In this document: piece after piece, positions 16,289 to 19,237 of the stretch
Layout: each line of letters opens with the position of its first letter
Numbering within the stretch: the first letter of the stretch is position 1
Source of the DNA: Alphaproteobacteria bacterium
GTDB taxonomy: Bacteria; Pseudomonadota; Alphaproteobacteria; CAAHEQ01; UBA3637
Assembly (NCBI GenBank): GCA_045605805.1
Contig: JAZUQR010000018.1
Location: 1 to 19,237 of the forward strand
DNA length: 19,237 nucleotides
Reading direction: 5' to 3'
Made by a program: the position numbers and the translations under genes
The notes under the pieces: generated by a model
What the model was told of the DNA's origin: nothing
Databases searched by the model: none
The model's input: the letters and a program-made list of their open reading frames with translations, nothing else

Positions 16289-16477
16289 TTAGCCGGCAAT
16301 TTTCATGGTGCAGGCGCAGCTGCAATTTTCTTCCTTAAACCATTGCCGTTCGTCAAATTCGGATTTTTTCCCTTTATTAAAATGGCTGTATGGACGGAAA
16401 TATCCCATCACACGAGTCCACACTTCAACCGGTTGACGCAACGCTTCGTTTTGTTCCAAAATTTCTTGATCTGTCAT
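16289..16477 (-). CDS. stand-alone NrdD glycyl-radical domain (62 aa)
   Basis: EVWTRVMGYFRP...FNKGK.SEF..R is the class III RNR glycyl-radical motif. It has its own SD (AAGGAG) and ATG 20 nt after the nrdD stop. Confidence 0.9.
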   Translation of the reverse strand: MTDQEILEQNEALRQPVEVWTRVMGYFRPYSHFNKGKKSEFDERQWFKEENCSCACTMKIAG

Positions 16478-16497
16478 GTTATACTCCTTTCTTTTTA

Positions 16498-18552
16498 TTA
16501 TTGTTGTTCTTGTTCTTTATGTTTTTTTTCTAATAATTCTTTATCGCACAGAGGGCAATACTTATGCGCCCCTGCAATATAGCCATGTTTCGGGCAGATA
16601 GAATACACCGGCGTCACAGATACATAAGGCAACCGATAGTTGGTTAAAACCCGTTTCACCAAGTCTTTACAGGCCGAGGATGACGAAATGCGTTCGTTCA
16701 TATACAGATGCAACACTGTGCCACCTGTGTATTGTGTTTGCAGGTCATCTTGATAATCCAAGGCCACAAACGGGTCATTGGTAAAGCCCACAGGCAATTG
16801 AGATGAATTGGTGTAGTATGGGGCTTCTTTTGTACCGGCTTGGATGATATCCGGAAAGCGTTTTTGGTCTTCACGGGCAAAACGATAGGTTGTGCCTTCG
16901 GCCGGTGTCGCTTCCAAGTTATACATATTCCCTGTTTCATCTTGATAATCCAACAACTTTTCACGCATATGTGTTAAGAACTTTTTGGCAAACTCACGCC
17001 CCCAATCGGTTGTGATGTCTTCTTTATCGTTCGTGAAGTTGCGAATCATTTCGTTGATACCATTCACACCAATTGTGGAAAAGTGGTTACGGAAAGTTCC
17101 CAAATAGCGGCGGGTATAAGGATACAGGCCTCGTTCCAAATGCATGGCAATTGTTTGTCGCTTTAATTCAAGTGACTTTTTGGCCAATTCCATCAATTCG
17201 TCCAAGCGTTTATATAACCCTTCTTCATCTTCCTTAAACAGATAACCCAAACGGGCGCAGTTGATTGTGACCACACCGATAGAGCCTGTTTGTTCGGCCG
17301 AACCGAACAAGCCTCCGCCTCGTTTTTTTAATTCGGTTAAGTCCAACCGCAGACGACAACACATACTGCGTACATCCGATGGTTTCATATCTGAATTCAT
17401 ATAGTTTGAAAAATACGGCAATCCATATTTTGCAGTCATTTCAAACAGCAAATCAATGTTGGCCGAATCCCATGGGAATTCGTTTGTAATGTTATAGGTT
17501 GGAATTGGGAAAGTGAACGGACGGCCTTTGGCATCCCCTTCTCCCATCACTTCCAAGAAGGCCTTGTTTATCATATCCATTTCGGGTTGCAAATCACCAT
17601 AGGTGAACGGTTGTTCTTCCCCCCCGATGATTGGATGACGATCTTTCAAATCGGCCGGACAGGTCCAGTCAAATGTCAAGTTCGTGAATGGCGTTTGTGT
17701 TCCCCAACGAGAAGGCACATTCAAGTTAAAGATGAAGGATTGCATGGCCTGTTTCACATCTTTATAATCCAATTTTTCAATGCGCACGAAAGGGGCTAAA
17801 TATGTATCAGCAGACGAAAAAGCCTGCGCCCCTGCCCATTCGTTTTGAAGTGTTCCCAAAAAGTTCACCATTTGTGAAAAAGCACTGACCAAATGGCGGG
17901 GAGGATTAGATTCTGTTTTGTTTGGCACACCATTAAAACCTTCTTGCAACAACACACGCAACGACCATCCCGCACAATAGCCGGCCAACATATCCAAATC
18001 ATGAATATGATAATCCCCATCTTTGTGGGCAGCGCCTATTTCGGGTGTATAGACATGTTTTAACCAATAATTGGCCACCACTTTGCCAGACACATTTAAT
18101 ATCAACCCCCCCAAGGAATAGCCTTGGTTTGCATTGGCATTCACACGCCAATCTGAACGATCCACATATTCATTGATGGATGAAATCGCATCCACAATAG
18201 CTTGTTGATCTTTTCGTTGGCGTTCCCGTTGTTCACGATAGACAATGTAGGATTTTGCTGTTTTATAATAGTTGGACGAAATCAAAACCTGTTCCACAAC
18301 ATCTTGAATCTGTTCAATGGTTGGTACAATGGCATCCCCAAAACGGTGACGCAAAACCTTGATCACTTGACCAGACAGCAATTCGGCCTCATCATTACCA
18401 TATTCCCCTGTGGCAAAACCGGCTTTGGCGATTGCACTGACAATCTTTTGGCTGTCAAAAGCAACCTGTGCGCCATCCCGTTTAATGACACCGGACAGTG
18501 GGCCAGCATCCAAGATATCATTTTCTCTTTTATTTTGAACAACTTCCAACAT
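16498..18552 (-). CDS. nrdD: class III (anaerobic) ribonucleoside-triphosphate reductase, catalytic core lacking the glycyl-radical domain
   Basis: ATP cone (VIKRDG...FD..KI..AI), HIHDL, YC, finger loop SMCCRL, EATPAE, YTGG, Zn site CPKHGY...CPLC. No RxxGY motif before the stop. Confidence 0.95.
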   Translation of the reverse strand: MLEVVQNKRENDILDAGPLSGVIKRDGAQVAFDSQKIVSAIAKAGFATGEYGNDEAELLSGQVIKVLRHRFGDAIVPTIEQIQDVVEQVLISSNYYKTAKSYIVYREQRERQRKDQQAIVDAISSINEYVDRSDWRVNANANQGYSLGGLILNVSGKVVANYWLKHVYTPEIGAAHKDGDYHIHDLDMLAGYCAGWSLRVLLQEGFNGVPNKTESNPPRHLVSAFSQMVNFLGTLQNEWAGAQAFSSADTYLAPFVRIEKLDYKDVKQAMQSFIFNLNVPSRWGTQTPFTNLTFDWTCPADLKDRHPIIGGEEQPFTYGDLQPEMDMINKAFLEVMGEGDAKGRPFTFPIPTYNITNEFPWDSANIDLLFEMTAKYGLPYFSNYMNSDMKPSDVRSMCCRLRLDLTELKKRGGGLFGSAEQTGSIGVVTINCARLGYLFKEDEEGLYKRLDELMELAKKSLELKRQTIAMHLERGLYPYTRRYLGTFRNHFSTIGVNGINEMIRNFTNDKEDITTDWGREFAKKFLTHMREKLLDYQDETGNMYNLEATPAEGTTYRFAREDQKRFPDIIQAGTKEAPYYTNSSQLPVGFTNDPFVALDYQDDLQTQYTGGTVLHLYMNERISSSSACKDLVKRVLTNYRLPYVSVTPVYSICPKHGYIAGAHKYCPLCDKELLEKKHKEQEQQ

Positions 18553-18559
18553 TTTGTGT
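18544..18559. promoter_or_regulatory. NrdR box 2 (overlaps the nrdD start codon)
   Basis: TTCCAACATTTTGTGT keeps all core positions (C4, A6, A8, T9, T11, G13) of acaCwAtATaTwGtgt. It lies 33 bp from box 1. Confidence 0.6.
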
Positions 18560-18576
18560 GCCTTCCCTTTCTTTTG

Positions 18577-18592
18577 ATACTATATATTGTGT
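18577..18592. promoter_or_regulatory. NrdR box 1
   Basis: ATACTATATATTGTGT, a 15/16 match to consensus acaCwAtATaTwGtgt, 25 bp upstream of nrdD. Confidence 0.85.
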
Positions 18593-18920
18593 TATATATT
18601 TTTTTCTTCTGTCCATAATAAAGCCCGAAATGAGAAGGAAGTCAACAAAAAAAACACAAAAAATAAACTTTTTTATAACCCTTTCAAAAACAAGTATTTT
18701 TTATTTATTTTTTTTGGATTTTTTTTCTTCAAATCTATTAACTTTTAGACAAATATTTGGCGCAAAATTAGTTAATTTTTGGCGTTTGCCCTTGATAATG
18801 CGTTGCTTTCTAACATACACAATGATGCAGGAAGCGATTCGGTGGATTTTAGCGAATCGGTGCGAATCGGGTTTTTGCTTTTCTTTTCATTCTTTTATGC
18901 AATCAATCAACAAAAAACTC

Positions 18921-18949
18921 TTGACTTTTTATTTGAAAGCGCATAGAAT
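18921..18949 (+). promoter_or_regulatory. sigma70 promoter of the tRNA-Gly/tRNA-Leu pair
   Basis: TTGACT (18921-18926), 17 bp, TAGAAT (18944-18949), with an A-rich UP-like tract upstream. Confidence 0.8.
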
Positions 18950-18960
18950 GTTTTTACTTA

Positions 18961-19031
18961 GCGGATGTAGTACAATGGTAGTACAGCAGCTTCCCAAGCT
19001 GAATACGAGGGTTCGACTCCCTTCATTCGCT
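18961..19031 (+). tRNA. tRNA-Gly(CCC)
   Basis: Acceptor GCGGATG/CATTCGC, anticodon loop TTCCCAA, T-loop TTCGACT, U73. CCA is not encoded (CAT follows). Confidence 0.95.
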
Positions 19032-19108
19032 CATAAAGGAAACTATACAGCAATCTAATCTTCGATTTTTTTTGGCTTTCGATAACAACATGTTTCCTGT
19101 TAATAATT

Positions 19109-19189
19109 CGGGCTGTGGCGGAATTGGTAGACGCCCCAGACTTAGGATCTGGTGCCTTGTGCGTGTGGGTTCGAGTCCCACCAGCTCGA
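19109..19189 (+). tRNA. tRNA-Leu(TAG)
   Basis: Acceptor CGGGCTG/CAGCTCG, D-arm GCGGAATTGGTAGACGC, CCAGA-CTTAGGA-TCTGG, variable arm, A73. CCA is not encoded (CAA follows). Confidence 0.95.
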
Positions 19190-19237
19190 CAATATCGGTA
19201 CTCTTTTGAGTACATAACCTCAACCTAACATGTAAGG

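Noticed and set aside
16478-16500. nrdD as a pseudogene or stop-readthrough case
   Set aside because: The downstream part is out of frame, follows two stops, has its own SD and ATG, and all catalytic motifs are intact.
18498-19223. ORFs 18498-19058 (+), 18958-19215 (-) and 19023-19223 (-)
   Set aside because: They have Phe-rich or low-complexity translations, overlap tRNA genes and regulatory DNA, and show no recognisable motif.

Overview
AT-rich chromosomal window from an alphaproteobacterium: it has a circularly permuted two-piece tmRNA next to SspB-alpha, an alpha-type RNase E divergent from an amidase, and a long L28. The organism is probably anaerobic and host-associated (class III RNR, rubrerythrin, Bat genes); that lifestyle is inference. 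Order: 5' fragment of a minus-strand gene running into a G-tract at the window edge; Sel1-repeat exported protein; rubrerythrin; a 974-aa protein with a type IV pilin-like N-terminus and a long Cys-rich repeat stalk; tRNA-His; rne; AMIN-amidase; ssrA; sspB; RHH protein; uppP; batA, batB/C-like, batD; rpmB; dCMP deaminase; nrdG; a stand-alone glycyl-radical domain; nrdD with tandem NrdR boxes; tRNA-Gly(CCC); tRNA-Leu(TAG). No integrase, transposase or CRISPR array was seen. Most interesting: (1) a split class III RNR whose glycyl-radical domain is a separate 62-aa gene with a CxCxC tail; (2) the giant Cys-rich pilin-like protein with a non-canonical G|KSxxE processing site; (3) a triple GANTC/hairpin element between nrdD and the tRNAs.
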